Shown here piece by piece: positions 21,399 through 31,000 of a stretch of 64,000 bases of DNA. A program made the position numbers and the translations under genes. Location of the stretch: NCBI GenBank assembly GCA_963826115.1, contig CAWGVS010000002.1, forward strand, positions 160,001-224,000, written 5' to 3'. The notes below the pieces were generated by a model. The model had not been told where the DNA came from and searched no databases. It worked only from the letters and a program-made list of their open reading frames with translations. Every line of letters begins with the position of its first letter. Position 1 is the first letter of the stretch. Source of the DNA: an uncultured Candidatus Rokubacteria bacterium (GTDB lineage: Bacteria; Methylomirabilota; Methylomirabilia; Rokubacteriales; DASRDR01).

Positions 21399-23024
21399 CT
21401 AGAGCTCCCAGGGCGGCTCGATCGCGACGGGGACCTCGATCAGCGCGGGGCCGCCCAGGGCCAGCGCCTGGTCGAGGGTCGACCGGAGCGCGTCGGCGTC
21501 CGCCGCGCGATAGGCCTCGACCCCGAAGGCCCGCGCCAGCGCGAGGACGTCCGGGCCCCCGAGGGCGTGCTCGCCGGTCCGCCCGTAGAGGCGGTGCTGG
21601 AGGTACCGGATCGCGCCGTAGTCCTGGTCATTCATGACGACGTACACGACCGGGAGGCGATACTTCGCGGCCGTGGCCAGCTCGGCCCCCGTGAACAGCA
21701 ACCCGCCGTCGCCGACGACCGCGACCACCGCACGGTCCGGGTGCGCCACCTTGGCGCCGATCGCCGCCGGGACGCCGTAGCCGAGCGTCGCCGAGCCGAT
21801 CGGGTAGAGGAACGTGCGCGGCGCGAAGACCGGCAGGTGCCACTCCATCCAGTAGTTCAGGCACGTCTGGTCGCCGACGAAGATCCCGTCCGCGGGAACC
21901 GCCTCGCGGAGGGCCCGGAGCAGGGCGTCGATGGTCGCCGTGTAGCGGGGGCTCCGCGCGTCGCGGGCCTGGCCGAGCGCCGCCCGGTCCCAGCGCGCGG
22001 CGGCAGTCCCGGCGGGCAGCGCCGCCAGGATGCCGGCGAGTCCGTCCCGCGCGTCCCCGACGAGCCCGAGCGCGGGCGCGTGCATGCGCCCGATGGCCCG
22101 CGGGTCCAGATCGAGCTGGATCAGCGCCTGCTCGGGGCGGAGCTCGAAGTTGAGGAGCAGCCCCCGGGTCGACCGGTGCGAGAAGCGGCAGCCAACCGAC
22201 AGGATCACGTCGGCGGACTCCAGCGCGGCCTGGGTGGCGCGACGGTTCGGCAGGACGCCCTGCCAGAGCGGGTCGGTCTCGGCGATGGCGCCGCGTCCCA
22301 TCACGGACGTGATCACGGGCGCCCGGAGCCGGCGCGCGAGCGCCTGGAGCTCGGCCGTCGCCTCCGCCGCGATGACGCCGCCGCCCGCGACCACGAGCGG
22401 CCGCTCAGCCCGGGCGAGATACCGAGCGGCCTCCTCGACGAGGCCGACGTCGCACGGCGGGCGGCGGCCGGCGCCCGCCGGCGTGAGCCGCGCGGCCGCG
22501 ACTCCCGTGAGGAGATCGGTCGGGATCGACAGCGCGACCGGCCCGGGCCGGCCGGTGCGGAAGAGGTGGAAGGCGCCCTGTACCGCGCCGGGGATCTCGG
22601 CGCCGCTTCGCAGCGCGTCCGCCCAGCGAGAGACCGGCCGGAAGCACTCGATCTGGTTCGGGACCTCGTGGAGCGCGCCCAGCTCCCGGCCGACCAGGGC
22701 GTTCGGGATGTCGGACATGACGAGGAGGAGCGGCTGGCACCCCGCGTGGGCCTCGACGAGCGGCGTGAGGGCGTTGGTCGCGCCGGGCCCGGTGGTCACC
22801 AGGATGACGCCGGGGCGCCCCGACGCGCGGGCGTAGCCGTCCGCCATGAATCCCGCGCCCTGCTCGTGCCGCGCGAGGACGTGCGCGATCCGGTCCTGAC
22901 GGAGGAGGGCGTCGTAGATCGCGAGGTTGTGGACGCCGGGGATCCCGAACACGTGGCGCACGCCCTCGGCGTCGAGCGCCGCGACGACCCACTCGCCCCC
23001 GGTGCGCGCCACCGTGTCACTCAC
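21399..23024 (-). CDS. Thiamine pyrophosphate-dependent enzyme (acetolactate synthase-like)
   Basis: FGIPGVHNL, RHEQGAGFMADGYAR, TGPGATN, GDGG..NDQDYG. Confidence 0.9.
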   Translation of the reverse strand: MSDTVARTGGEWVVAALDAEGVRHVFGIPGVHNLAIYDALLRQDRIAHVLARHEQGAGFMADGYARASGRPGVILVTTGPGATNALTPLVEAHAGCQPLLLVMSDIPNALVGRELGALHEVPNQIECFRPVSRWADALRSGAEIPGAVQGAFHLFRTGRPGPVALSIPTDLLTGVAAARLTPAGAGRRPPCDVGLVEEAARYLARAERPLVVAGGGVIAAEATAELQALARRLRAPVITSVMGRGAIAETDPLWQGVLPNRRATQAALESADVILSVGCRFSHRSTRGLLLNFELRPEQALIQLDLDPRAIGRMHAPALGLVGDARDGLAGILAALPAGTAAARWDRAALGQARDARSPRYTATIDALLRALREAVPADGIFVGDQTCLNYWMEWHLPVFAPRTFLYPIGSATLGYGVPAAIGAKVAHPDRAVVAVVGDGGLLFTGAELATAAKYRLPVVYVVMNDQDYGAIRYLQHRLYGRTGEHALGGPDVLALARAFGVEAYRAADADALRSTLDQALALGGPALIEVPVAIEPPWEL

Positions 23025-23115
23025 GGATCGAGGGCCGCCCCCCGTCGGATCACGGTGCCCGCAGCGTAATCGGGGGCGCTCCCGACCGTCAAGGCGCGTC
23101 GCGCGGGTGGCCCCG

Positions 23116-25860
23116 TCAGAGGAGCTCGAATGCCTCCAGCGTCAGCCCGAGCGGCACCGGCCGGTCCCGGCCGACGACGGCCCGGACGGCCCGCGGCCCC
23201 CAGTCCTCGATCGCGTCGCCCGTGCGCGCTCCGCGCACGCCGATCAGGACGTGGGACCACCCCGGCATCCCCCTGAGATCCGCGCGACCGCCGACGGCGC
23301 CGAGCGCGCGCACGGCGCGCTCGCTGAGCTGGGACTCCGCCCCGTCCGTCGCGACCGCGACGACGATCGTGCCCTCCGGCCAGCCGCCCACGTACGCCGC
23401 GAGCCGCTCCGACTCCTCGCCGGGCTCGCGCGTGTCGAAGCGGCGCGTGCCCAGGACACGGCCGTCGGTCGGCGCCAGGGCCGCGACCCAGTAGCCGCGG
23501 CAGCGGACGCCCGCCAGCTCGCGCCCGTTGACCCGGACGGAGACGAGGCCGTGGGGGCCGCCCGCGCTCCGCACGTCCAGATCGACGGGGGAGGACTGCC
23601 CCGTCCTGCCGATCCGGTAGGGCGCGCTTCGCGTCACGGCCGACGGGATGTCGTAGACGTGCTGGAAGACCAGCTCGTTCCGATCGGCGTCGGGAAACGG
23701 CGGCGGCAGGACGGCGCGGCCGGACACGGGCCCGGTCGCGGTCTCGAGGAGCCGGCCGTTGAAGCGCACCTCGACCCGCCGGTGGACCTCCGGATCCTCC
23801 CCCGCGAGCCGGAGCGCGTACGCGGCCTGCGGGTGGCGCCGAACGAAGTCCGACGAGAACTGGCGGCGGATCACGGCGCCCGTCTCCGGCGTCGGGGTCA
23901 CCCGGTAGACCTCATCGTCGCGCTCGAACGTCCGGACGAGCCCCAGGCCCGGCACGCCACCCTCGCGCAGGAGCTCCCACATGGGCCGCCACGTCCGGCC
24001 GAGCCCCAGGCCGCGGTGGACGACGACGTACCGGACGGGATAGATCGCCCGGATGGCCGTGCTGAGCCGGTCGGGATCCCGCGCCTCGGCGGCCCACACC
24101 AGCTCCTCCCAGTGCGGGAGCGCGAAGCCGCCGTGCCCGTTCACGACGCGCTTGCCGTGGTCCACCGCCCAGAGCATCGCCCACGCGTCCGCGCCCTTGT
24201 CGTGGATCGGCAGCTGCAGGATGGCGAGGTCCCCGGGCTCGTCGCGGAGCCAGTCGTAGACCGCGGGCCTCGACGGGGACCGGTGCCAGGGCAGCGGCAC
24301 CACGGCCAGCTCCACCAGCACGAGGGCCAGCAGGGCGCCGGGCGCCAGCCGGGCCCACGGTCCGGAGAAGCGCGCCCCGATGGCGCGGACCCCCAGGGCC
24401 GCGAGCAGCGCGAGCGGGAGCGCGAAGACGAGGCTCCAGCGCCCCGGGGCCCGAAACGCGCTGCCGCCCGGCACGTGGAGGTACACCCAACGAAAGAGCG
24501 TCGCGCCCCACGCCTCGCCGAACAGGATGATGGTCGGCGCCAGACAGAGAAGGTAGGCGAGGAGCGCGAGGAACAGGAGCACGAGCATCCACTCTCGCGG
24601 TCCGAGGGCACCGCGGGCGCGGCGGCGCCCCTCGAGCCCGAGCCACACCAGGGCCAGCAACGGGAGCGCGTTCACCGCCAGGGTCAGGTCGCGAACCGCC
24701 AGCGCCCCGAGAACGCCCCCCCGCGGGGCCCGACCGAGCGCGAGGGCCAGCCCGATCGCGCCGAGGACGGCCGCCGCGAGACCGAGGAGGCCCCACCGCG
24801 CGCGACGCACCCATCCCGGGAGCGCCGGCGGGCCCGACGCCCGCGCGTGGAGGACGACGGCCGCCCCCGCCAGGAGGAGCGCCGCGAACCCCGGAAACAG
24901 GCCGCCCTCCGGCCGCCCGAGCGACATGAGGCGGTGCCGGTAGAAGCGGCTGAACTCCGCCGGATCCAGGATGGACAGGAGCTCCATCCCGAACACGTCG
25001 CCCTCCGCGAGGGTTCGCTGGAACCCGAGCTCCCGGTGCACGCTCACGTACGGCCACAGGAAGGGCGCGAGGGCGAGCCCGAGCCCGGCACCGGCCACCC
25101 CGAGGCGCCCGGCGAGGCTCCACGTCAGCCGATCCGGTCGGAGCACGAAGAGCCCGAGGAGGAGGCCGCCCACGAGGATCGCGAGCGCGTAGCCGTTGTA
25201 GAGCGACGACAGCATCTGGGCCCACCCGGCGACCGCCGCCAGCCACAGGTGGCCCGGCCGTCCGTCGATGACGAAGCGATACAGCGCCCAGACGATGAGC
25301 GGGAACAGCACCGCCTGCTGGTAGGTGAACTGCCCGAGGTGGTCCATGCGGTTCGGATAGAACGCGAAGATCGCGCCCGCCACGAGCCCCGGGATCACCC
25401 CGCCGGTCACCGCGCGCGTCAGCACGTACGTCAGGACGCCGCTCGCCGTCAGACCCGCGAGGAGGAGGAGGTTCACGGCCAGGAGCGGCTCGATCCCCGT
25501 CGCGAGGAGCGGCGCGGCCAGGAGTCCCGTGAAGAACGCCGACTGCTGGTACGCGACGCCGTTCGCGTAGGGGTAGTAGAAGGGCACCTGGAACAGGCGC
25601 GTGGGGTCGCGGAACGTCTGCCGCGCGTTCCACGCCACCATGCTGGTCTCGGTCAGGTAGTCGCCGTGGCCGCCCCGCAGGGTGAGCCGGGGGTGGAGGG
25701 CCAGCGGGTACGTGTAGACCACCGTGGCGGCGCCGAAGAAGGCCGTGATCAGGAGCGCGTGCGTCAGGCGCCGGAGCCGCGGCCGCGCGCCGCTCACGGG
25801 CCGCGCGGTCGCGACCGACGCGGTCCCGCCGGCCGGGCGGTCAGGCGAGGTCGCGGTCAA
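23116..25860 (-). CDS. Polytopic GT-C/YfhO-like membrane protein with a C-terminal ILEI-like domain
   Basis: Many TM helices, FYYPY, FRAPGRW, VNGHGG; C-terminus RRFDT..EGTIVVAVATD..SHVLIGVRGA. Confidence 0.6.
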   Translation of the reverse strand: MTATSPDRPAGGTASVATARPVSGARPRLRRLTHALLITAFFGAATVVYTYPLALHPRLTLRGGHGDYLTETSMVAWNARQTFRDPTRLFQVPFYYPYANGVAYQQSAFFTGLLAAPLLATGIEPLLAVNLLLLAGLTASGVLTYVLTRAVTGGVIPGLVAGAIFAFYPNRMDHLGQFTYQQAVLFPLIVWALYRFVIDGRPGHLWLAAVAGWAQMLSSLYNGYALAILVGGLLLGLFVLRPDRLTWSLAGRLGVAGAGLGLALAPFLWPYVSVHRELGFQRTLAEGDVFGMELLSILDPAEFSRFYRHRLMSLGRPEGGLFPGFAALLLAGAAVVLHARASGPPALPGWVRRARWGLLGLAAAVLGAIGLALALGRAPRGGVLGALAVRDLTLAVNALPLLALVWLGLEGRRRARGALGPREWMLVLLFLALLAYLLCLAPTIILFGEAWGATLFRWVYLHVPGGSAFRAPGRWSLVFALPLALLAALGVRAIGARFSGPWARLAPGALLALVLVELAVVPLPWHRSPSRPAVYDWLRDEPGDLAILQLPIHDKGADAWAMLWAVDHGKRVVNGHGGFALPHWEELVWAAEARDPDRLSTAIRAIYPVRYVVVHRGLGLGRTWRPMWELLREGGVPGLGLVRTFERDDEVYRVTPTPETGAVIRRQFSSDFVRRHPQAAYALRLAGEDPEVHRRVEVRFNGRLLETATGPVSGRAVLPPPFPDADRNELVFQHVYDIPSAVTRSAPYRIGRTGQSSPVDLDVRSAGGPHGLVSVRVNGRELAGVRCRGYWVAALAPTDGRVLGTRRFDTREPGEESERLAAYVGGWPEGTIVVAVATDGAESQLSERAVRALGAVGGRADLRGMPGWSHVLIGVRGARTGDAIEDWGPRAVRAVVGRDRPVPLGLTLEAFELL

Positions 25861-27097
25861 GGCGGAGGAGCAGCTCCAGGAGCACCCGGGCGCCGGTCAC
25901 CAGGTGGTCGACGTCGGCCCACTCCTCCGGGCAGTGGCTGCGGCCGTCGCGGCAAGGGATGAAGAGGAGCCCGATCGGGCAGAGCCGCGCCATGTGATTC
26001 GCGTCGTGGCTGGCGCCGCTCGTGAGACGCCGGTGGGGGATCCCGAGCGCCGATGCCGCGGCGTCCGCGGCGGCCACCATCTCGGGCGCCACGGTGAGGG
26101 GCGGGTCCCGCATGAGGACGGTCCACTCGACGGCGACGGCGCGCCGCGCGGCGATCTCCCGTGTCCCGGTCTCGAAGCGCGCCAGCGTCTCGGCGATCGC
26201 GGGTGGGTCGATCCCACGGAAGTCCACGAGGAGATCCGCCTCCCCGGGGACGATGTTGATCATGTTCGGGCGCGCCTCGACGACGCCGACCGTCCCCACC
26301 ATCCCGCGGCCGGCCTCGCGCGCGACCTGCTCCACGAGCAGGACGATCTCCGCGGCCGCCGCGACCGCGTCCCGCCGATCCGCCATCGGCGTCCCGCCCG
26401 CGTGGTCCTGGCGGCCCCGCACCGCGACCCGGTAGCGGCTCGGCGCCGCGATGGCGGTCACCACGCCGAGCGGCAGACCCGCCCGGTCGAGCGAGACCGC
26501 CTGCTCGATGTGGAGCTCGAGGTACCGGAGGACGTCGCCGGACGACCGCCGCGCGCCGTCGAGGGCCGCGCCACGCCCGCCCACCGAGTCGACCGCGTCG
26601 GCGAGGCTCTGTCCCACGCGGTCGCGGAGCCCGACCGCGGTGGCGGCGTCCAGCTTGCCGCTCATCGCGCGGCTGCCGATCGTCGAGAGGCCGAAGTCCG
26701 ACGGCTCCTCGCAGGTGAAGTTGATCACCTCGAACGGGTGCGCGAGCCGGTGACCGGCCGCCTCGAGGCAGCGAGCCACCTCGAGGCCCGCCAGGACGCC
26801 CGCGATCCCGTCGAAGCGCCCGCCCGCCTCGACGGTGTCGAGATGCGAGCCGATCACGAGCGCGGGCCCCGGACCGCCGCGCCGCCCGATCTGGTTGCCG
26901 GCGGCGTCGACCGACGGGGTGAGCCCCGCCTCCGCCATCCGCCGGGTGAGCCACTGGCGCGCCGCGCGATCCTCGTCGGAGAAGGCCCGGCGCGTGTACG
27001 GCCGGTCCGGCCGCGTGAAGGCCTCGAGCGCGCGGAGGTCGGCCGCGAGCCGCTCCGGCGACGGGCGCGGCAGGCCCGCAGAGCGGGCGTCAGGCAC
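25841..27097 (-). CDS. M20 Zn-dependent hydrolase (N-carbamoyl-amino-acid/allantoate amidohydrolase type)
   Basis: GSHLDTV, GRFDGIAG, EE, ELHIEQ, HAGGTPM, SGASHDA, SHCPEE. Confidence 0.9.
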   Translation of the reverse strand: MPDARSAGLPRPSPERLAADLRALEAFTRPDRPYTRRAFSDEDRAARQWLTRRMAEAGLTPSVDAAGNQIGRRGGPGPALVIGSHLDTVEAGGRFDGIAGVLAGLEVARCLEAAGHRLAHPFEVINFTCEEPSDFGLSTIGSRAMSGKLDAATAVGLRDRVGQSLADAVDSVGGRGAALDGARRSSGDVLRYLELHIEQAVSLDRAGLPLGVVTAIAAPSRYRVAVRGRQDHAGGTPMADRRDAVAAAAEIVLLVEQVAREAGRGMVGTVGVVEARPNMINIVPGEADLLVDFRGIDPPAIAETLARFETGTREIAARRAVAVEWTVLMRDPPLTVAPEMVAAADAAASALGIPHRRLTSGASHDANHMARLCPIGLLFIPCRDGRSHCPEEWADVDHLVTGARVLLELLLRLDRDLA

Positions 27098-27130
27098 GCG
27101 CCGCGCTCCGCTGCCGGGCCGCGGCGGCGC

Positions 27131-28018
27131 TCATCGCGGCAGGACCGCCTCGGCGAGCGTCCCGGCGATCGCGGTCAAGGCCCGCGCCGCCGCCGCGTCG
27201 GGGTGCTCGAGCACGAACGGCCGGCCGCGGTCCGCGGCCGCGGCGAGCCGCGGGTCGAACGGCACGCGCCCGAGGAAGGCCACGCCGTGCTGGGCAGCCG
27301 TCGCTTCCCCGCCGGGACCGTCGAAGAGCGGCCCGACGGCGCCGCAGGTCGGACAGGCGTAGCCCGCCATGTTCTCGATCAGCCCGAGCAGACGCGCCCC
27401 CCGCTCGCGCGCGAGGGTCATCGCGCGGCGCACGACGAGGTGCGAGACGGCCGAGGGAATCGTGACGACCACGGCGCCGGTCAGGCCGGGCAGGAGGTCG
27501 AGGAGCGTCGGCAATCGCTCGGCGCCCGGCGGCAGGTCGAGGAGCAGCACGTCGAGGGCGCCCCATGCCGTGTCCGCGAGGAACTCCCGGAGCGCGGTCC
27601 CCTCCATGGTCCCGCGCCAGGTGTGCGCCTCGGCCTGGGTCGGCGCGTCCCAGACCACGGGCGTGTCGTCGCCGGGCAGGAGGAGGTCCATCGACAGGAC
27701 CCGGATCCCGTCGGCCGACACGGCGGGGCGAACGCCGTCGGGCGCGACCTCCAGCGTCTGGCCGCGCACGCCGAGCATCTTGCCCATCGACGGGCCGTTC
27801 AGGTCCGCGTCGAGCACGCCGACGGCGAGCCCGCGCGCGGCGAGGGCGCCCGCGAGGTTCGCGGTCACCGAGCTCTTCCCCACCCCGCCCTTCCCCGAAA
27901 CGACCGCGACGCTCGCGCGGACCGGCGCCATCCGGGCGGCGAGCCGCGTCTGCTGCGCGACCACCTGCTCCACGATGTTCGAGCCGCCGTCGCCCGCAAT
28001 GTCGCGATAGCCCTTCAT
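27131..28018 (-). CDS. Mrp/NBP35/ApbC Fe-S carrier ATPase
   Basis: SGKGGVGKS, DADLNGPS, WRG, DLPPG, ENM..CPTC. Confidence 0.88.
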   Translation of the reverse strand: MKGYRDIAGDGGSNIVEQVVAQQTRLAARMAPVRASVAVVSGKGGVGKSSVTANLAGALAARGLAVGVLDADLNGPSMGKMLGVRGQTLEVAPDGVRPAVSADGIRVLSMDLLLPGDDTPVVWDAPTQAEAHTWRGTMEGTALREFLADTAWGALDVLLLDLPPGAERLPTLLDLLPGLTGAVVVTIPSAVSHLVVRRAMTLARERGARLLGLIENMAGYACPTCGAVGPLFDGPGGEATAAQHGVAFLGRVPFDPRLAAAADRGRPFVLEHPDAAAARALTAIAGTLAEAVLPR

Positions 28019-29034
28019 GCGCCGCTGCCCTCGTCGCTGGTGTCGAGCGGGGCCGACGCGGGGTCCCGCAGGTGCGCGCGGAAGCGCCGCATGAGGTCCT
28101 GCCCGAGGAAGTCCCCGGGGGCGCCATGCCGCTCGGCCTCGAAATAGTGCCGGATCCGGTCGAGCCGCTCCTGCGCCTCCGGGTTCAGACTGACGGTGCG
28201 GATCTCGGCCTTCGCGGCGTCGAACGCGTCGAAGGTGAGCTCGGTGAAGCCGAGCTCGCGGATGCGCTTGACGGCCTTCATCATCGCCTGGTTCCGGAAC
28301 CGCGTGAGGAGCGGCGAGTCGATCTCCGCCACGCCCATCCGCCGGGCGCGCCGCTCCGCCGCCTTGCGGATGCCCTCGCGCACGAACTCCGGAGCCGTCT
28401 GGAGCCGCGCCCAGGCCTCGGGGCGCCACCGGACCGGCGTGTCGGGCGCCGCCTGCCAGAGCCGGTCGACGACCTCCGCGGTGACCCGCTCGTACCCGGC
28501 GCGCCGGGCCTCGACCTCGACGTCTCGCTGGAAGAGGCGGAGCACGAAGTCCGCCATCATGGCCGGGGCCTTGCCGAGTCGCGCGACGAGCCGGGCCTCC
28601 GCGTCGGGCGTCCAGGGGAGCGGCGCCGCGGCCGCCTCGGTCTCGGCTTCCGCCTCGGCCTCCCGGATCAGATCATGTGTCACCGCGACCGCTCCGCGCT
28701 CGGCGGCCAGCTCCTCGCAGATCCGGCGCGTCATGGGCCGCATGAAGGAGGGCGCCGCCTCGAGCACCGCCAGCGCCTCCGGCGTCCACGGCGGGGCGGA
28801 CTGCGGGACCTGGTAGGCGCCGCTCTCGGCGAGGCCCATCATCTCGCTCTTGTAGCGGGTCATGAGCTCGGGCGTGATCACCTCCACGCCCTCGGCGCGC
28901 GCCCGCCGCTCGGCCAGCCGCCGGACCATGCCCCGGAGGAAGAACGGCGCGCGCGCGACCCGCGCCTCGGCCTCCGGCGTCCAGCGCACCTCGCCGGACG
29001 GGGGCGGGGCCGGCGCGCCGGATGCGCCGCTCAC
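28015..29034 (-). CDS. Protein of four tandem PCP_red (BchB/ChlB C-terminal-like) domains
   Basis: WTPEAEARVARAPFFLRGMVRR, WTPEALAVLEAAPSFMRPMTRR, WTPDAEARL.., WRPEAWARLQTAPEFVREGIRK; GTG start overlaps the upstream stop. Confidence 0.8.
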   Translation of the reverse strand: MSGASGAPAPPPSGEVRWTPEAEARVARAPFFLRGMVRRLAERRARAEGVEVITPELMTRYKSEMMGLAESGAYQVPQSAPPWTPEALAVLEAAPSFMRPMTRRICEELAAERGAVAVTHDLIREAEAEAETEAAAAPLPWTPDAEARLVARLGKAPAMMADFVLRLFQRDVEVEARRAGYERVTAEVVDRLWQAAPDTPVRWRPEAWARLQTAPEFVREGIRKAAERRARRMGVAEIDSPLLTRFRNQAMMKAVKRIRELGFTELTFDAFDAAKAEIRTVSLNPEAQERLDRIRHYFEAERHGAPGDFLGQDLMRRFRAHLRDPASAPLDTSDEGSGA

Positions 29035-29456
29035 GCCTCGCGGCTCCACGCCGCCCGCGCGAGGATCACGGCCGTGAAGATCGTGAGGAGGCAGAAGGCC
29101 CACGCGCCCACGCGCATCGGCACGTCGAGCCCGAGGACGGGGATGGTCTCCGCGCGAGGCGCCCGGGCGATCCGCGCCACCTCGATCGCGCGGATGGCGA
29201 CCAGCAGGGTCAGGATGCGGGCGAAGTCCCGGCGGGAGAGGAGCCAGCGATCGAGCCACCCGCGCTCCTTCACAAGGAGCCACGGAATCACGATCACGAA
29301 CAGCGCGCCGACGACGAACCACGCCGCGCCCCCACGCTCCATTCCCCGTGGGCCGAGGCCGCTCTGCGCGAGCGCGAGCCCCCCGAGCCAGTAGACGACG
29401 CCGTAGGCGACGTACGTCCATGCGGCCTGGCGGTAGAGCGCGTCCCGCGGGGCCAT
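29031..29456 (-). CDS. Small four-TM membrane protein, unknown function
   Basis: Four hydrophobic stretches; coupled to neighbouring genes. Confidence 0.7.
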   Translation of the reverse strand: MAPRDALYRQAAWTYVAYGVVYWLGGLALAQSGLGPRGMERGGAAWFVVGALFVIVIPWLLVKERGWLDRWLLSRRDFARILTLLVAIRAIEVARIARAPRAETIPVLGLDVPMRVGAWAFCLLTIFTAVILARAAWSREA

Positions 29457-29463
29457 CCCGCGC

Positions 29464-30840
29464 TCAGCCGTCCCCGGCCGTGGGCGGGCGGCCGGCCGCG
29501 GGCGTGAACGGCCGCCCCGGCGAGATGCCCCAGCGGCTCCGCACCTCGGCGAGGATCGCCGGGGTCACGGTCGTCTGCCCCTGGCCGCGCGCGTAGGCCT
29601 CGACCGCCTGGACGACCATGGCGCGGGCGAACGCCGGGATCGCGTCGAGCCGCGCCCGGGCCGCCGGCTCCCACGCGAGCGCGAACCGCGCCTCGAGCCC
29701 GAACGTCTGCTCGACCCCGAGCCGGATCAGCTCGCCGCCGTGGGCGCCGGGCTGGTAGCCGCAAGCCGGGTCCTCGGCGAGATAGTCGCCGTAGGTCGCG
29801 TAGGCGCGGCAGCGGCAGCCGCCGCAGAGCTCGCGGAACTCGCAGGCGCCGCAGCGCCCGCCGAGCGGCCGGTGACGGAGCTCCGTGAAGACTTCCGCCC
29901 GTTCCCAGAGCTCGGCGAAGCCGGTCTCGCGCAGGTTGCCGGCGGACACCGGCATGTACGGGCACGGCGTCACGTCGCCCGTCGGCGTGATGCGGCAGTA
30001 GTACTTCCCGGCCGGGCACGAGCCGTGCGCGTAGTTCGCGAGCAGCGGCGAGCTCGGGTCCAGCTCGTAGAGCACCCGCCGGAAGTGGGGCGCGCACTTC
30101 GCGCGGATCAGGAGGCCGCCGGCCCGGCCGACGGGCACGCTCCAGGGGTCCTCGCGCCGCTCGAGCACGGAGTCGGACGCGGAGCTCTCTGGCGCGCGGC
30201 CCGCCCCCTGAGTCCGGGCCAGATAGGTCAGGATCTCCTCGTACTGCGCGGGTGTGATGTCGGTGAGCCCTTCGCCGCGGCCTGTCCGGACGAGGAAGAA
30301 GAAGTTGAGGACCCGCGCCCCGAGCTCCCGCGCGAGGTCGATCATCGCGGGGATCTCGCCGACGTTCCAGTCGGTGACGCTCATGTGGAGCGAGAAGTCG
30401 ATGCGCTCCGCCCGGAGGGCCTCGGTCGCCCGGATGGCGCCCTTCCAGGCGCCGGGCAGATGCCGGAACTCGTCATGACGCGCGGCATCGACCGAGTCGA
30501 GGGAGAGCGACGCCCCCTGGACGCCGTGGGTCTTCATGAGGCGCGCCTGCTTCGCGCGGAGGAGGACGCCGTTGGTCCCGAGGACGACCGTGAAGCCGTG
30601 CTCCCGCCCCTCGGCCGCCAGCTCGAAGATGTCCGGACGCAGCAGCGGCTCGCCGCCGGTGAGGATCAGGAAGGTCCCGGGGTTCACGCGGGCCATGTCC
30701 GCCATCACCCGGCGGCACTCCTCCGTCGAGAGCTCGCCCGCCGCCGAGGCGCTCGGGGCCCCGCTGATGTAGCAGTGGGCGCAGAAGAGGTTGCAGCGCT
30801 GGGTGAGGTTCCAGGAGACCGCGTACGCCTTGTACGTCAC
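29464..30840 (-). CDS. Radical SAM/SPASM protein (AhbD/NirJ-like) with a C-terminal PCP_red domain
   Basis: WNLTQRCNLFCAHC, TGGEPL, KCAPH, CPAG..PCPY..CGAC..CGGCRC..DPAC; tail WEPAARARLDAIPAFARAMV. Confidence 0.85.
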   Translation of the reverse strand: MTYKAYAVSWNLTQRCNLFCAHCYISGAPSASAAGELSTEECRRVMADMARVNPGTFLILTGGEPLLRPDIFELAAEGREHGFTVVLGTNGVLLRAKQARLMKTHGVQGASLSLDSVDAARHDEFRHLPGAWKGAIRATEALRAERIDFSLHMSVTDWNVGEIPAMIDLARELGARVLNFFFLVRTGRGEGLTDITPAQYEEILTYLARTQGAGRAPESSASDSVLERREDPWSVPVGRAGGLLIRAKCAPHFRRVLYELDPSSPLLANYAHGSCPAGKYYCRITPTGDVTPCPYMPVSAGNLRETGFAELWERAEVFTELRHRPLGGRCGACEFRELCGGCRCRAYATYGDYLAEDPACGYQPGAHGGELIRLGVEQTFGLEARFALAWEPAARARLDAIPAFARAMVVQAVEAYARGQGQTTVTPAILAEVRSRWGISPGRPFTPAAGRPPTAGDG

Positions 30841-30926
30841 TGGATGACGGCCGGTTGCGCCTCGACCGGGGCTTTTCCCGCGAGGACGCTCAGCGAGCCG
30901 GCGATGAACGCGCGCCTGGCCAGCAT
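30837..30926 (-). other. 29-aa micro-ORF resembling an isolated Tat signal peptide
   Basis: MLARRAFIAGSLSVLAGKAPVEAQPAVIQ; its TGA overlaps the rSAM GTG (GTGA). Confidence 0.35.
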
Positions 30927-31000
30927 CGGAGGGCGCCCGCTCTCGCCAGCCGCCACCGTGGCAACGCCCCGCGCGGCCTCGACCGACGTGACCTCGCCGC

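Noticed and set aside
27090-27134. 14-aa ORF MSAAAARQRSAARA bridging Mrp and the M20 hydrolase
   Set aside because: Too short and low-complexity; the hydrolase has its own GGAG + GTG start
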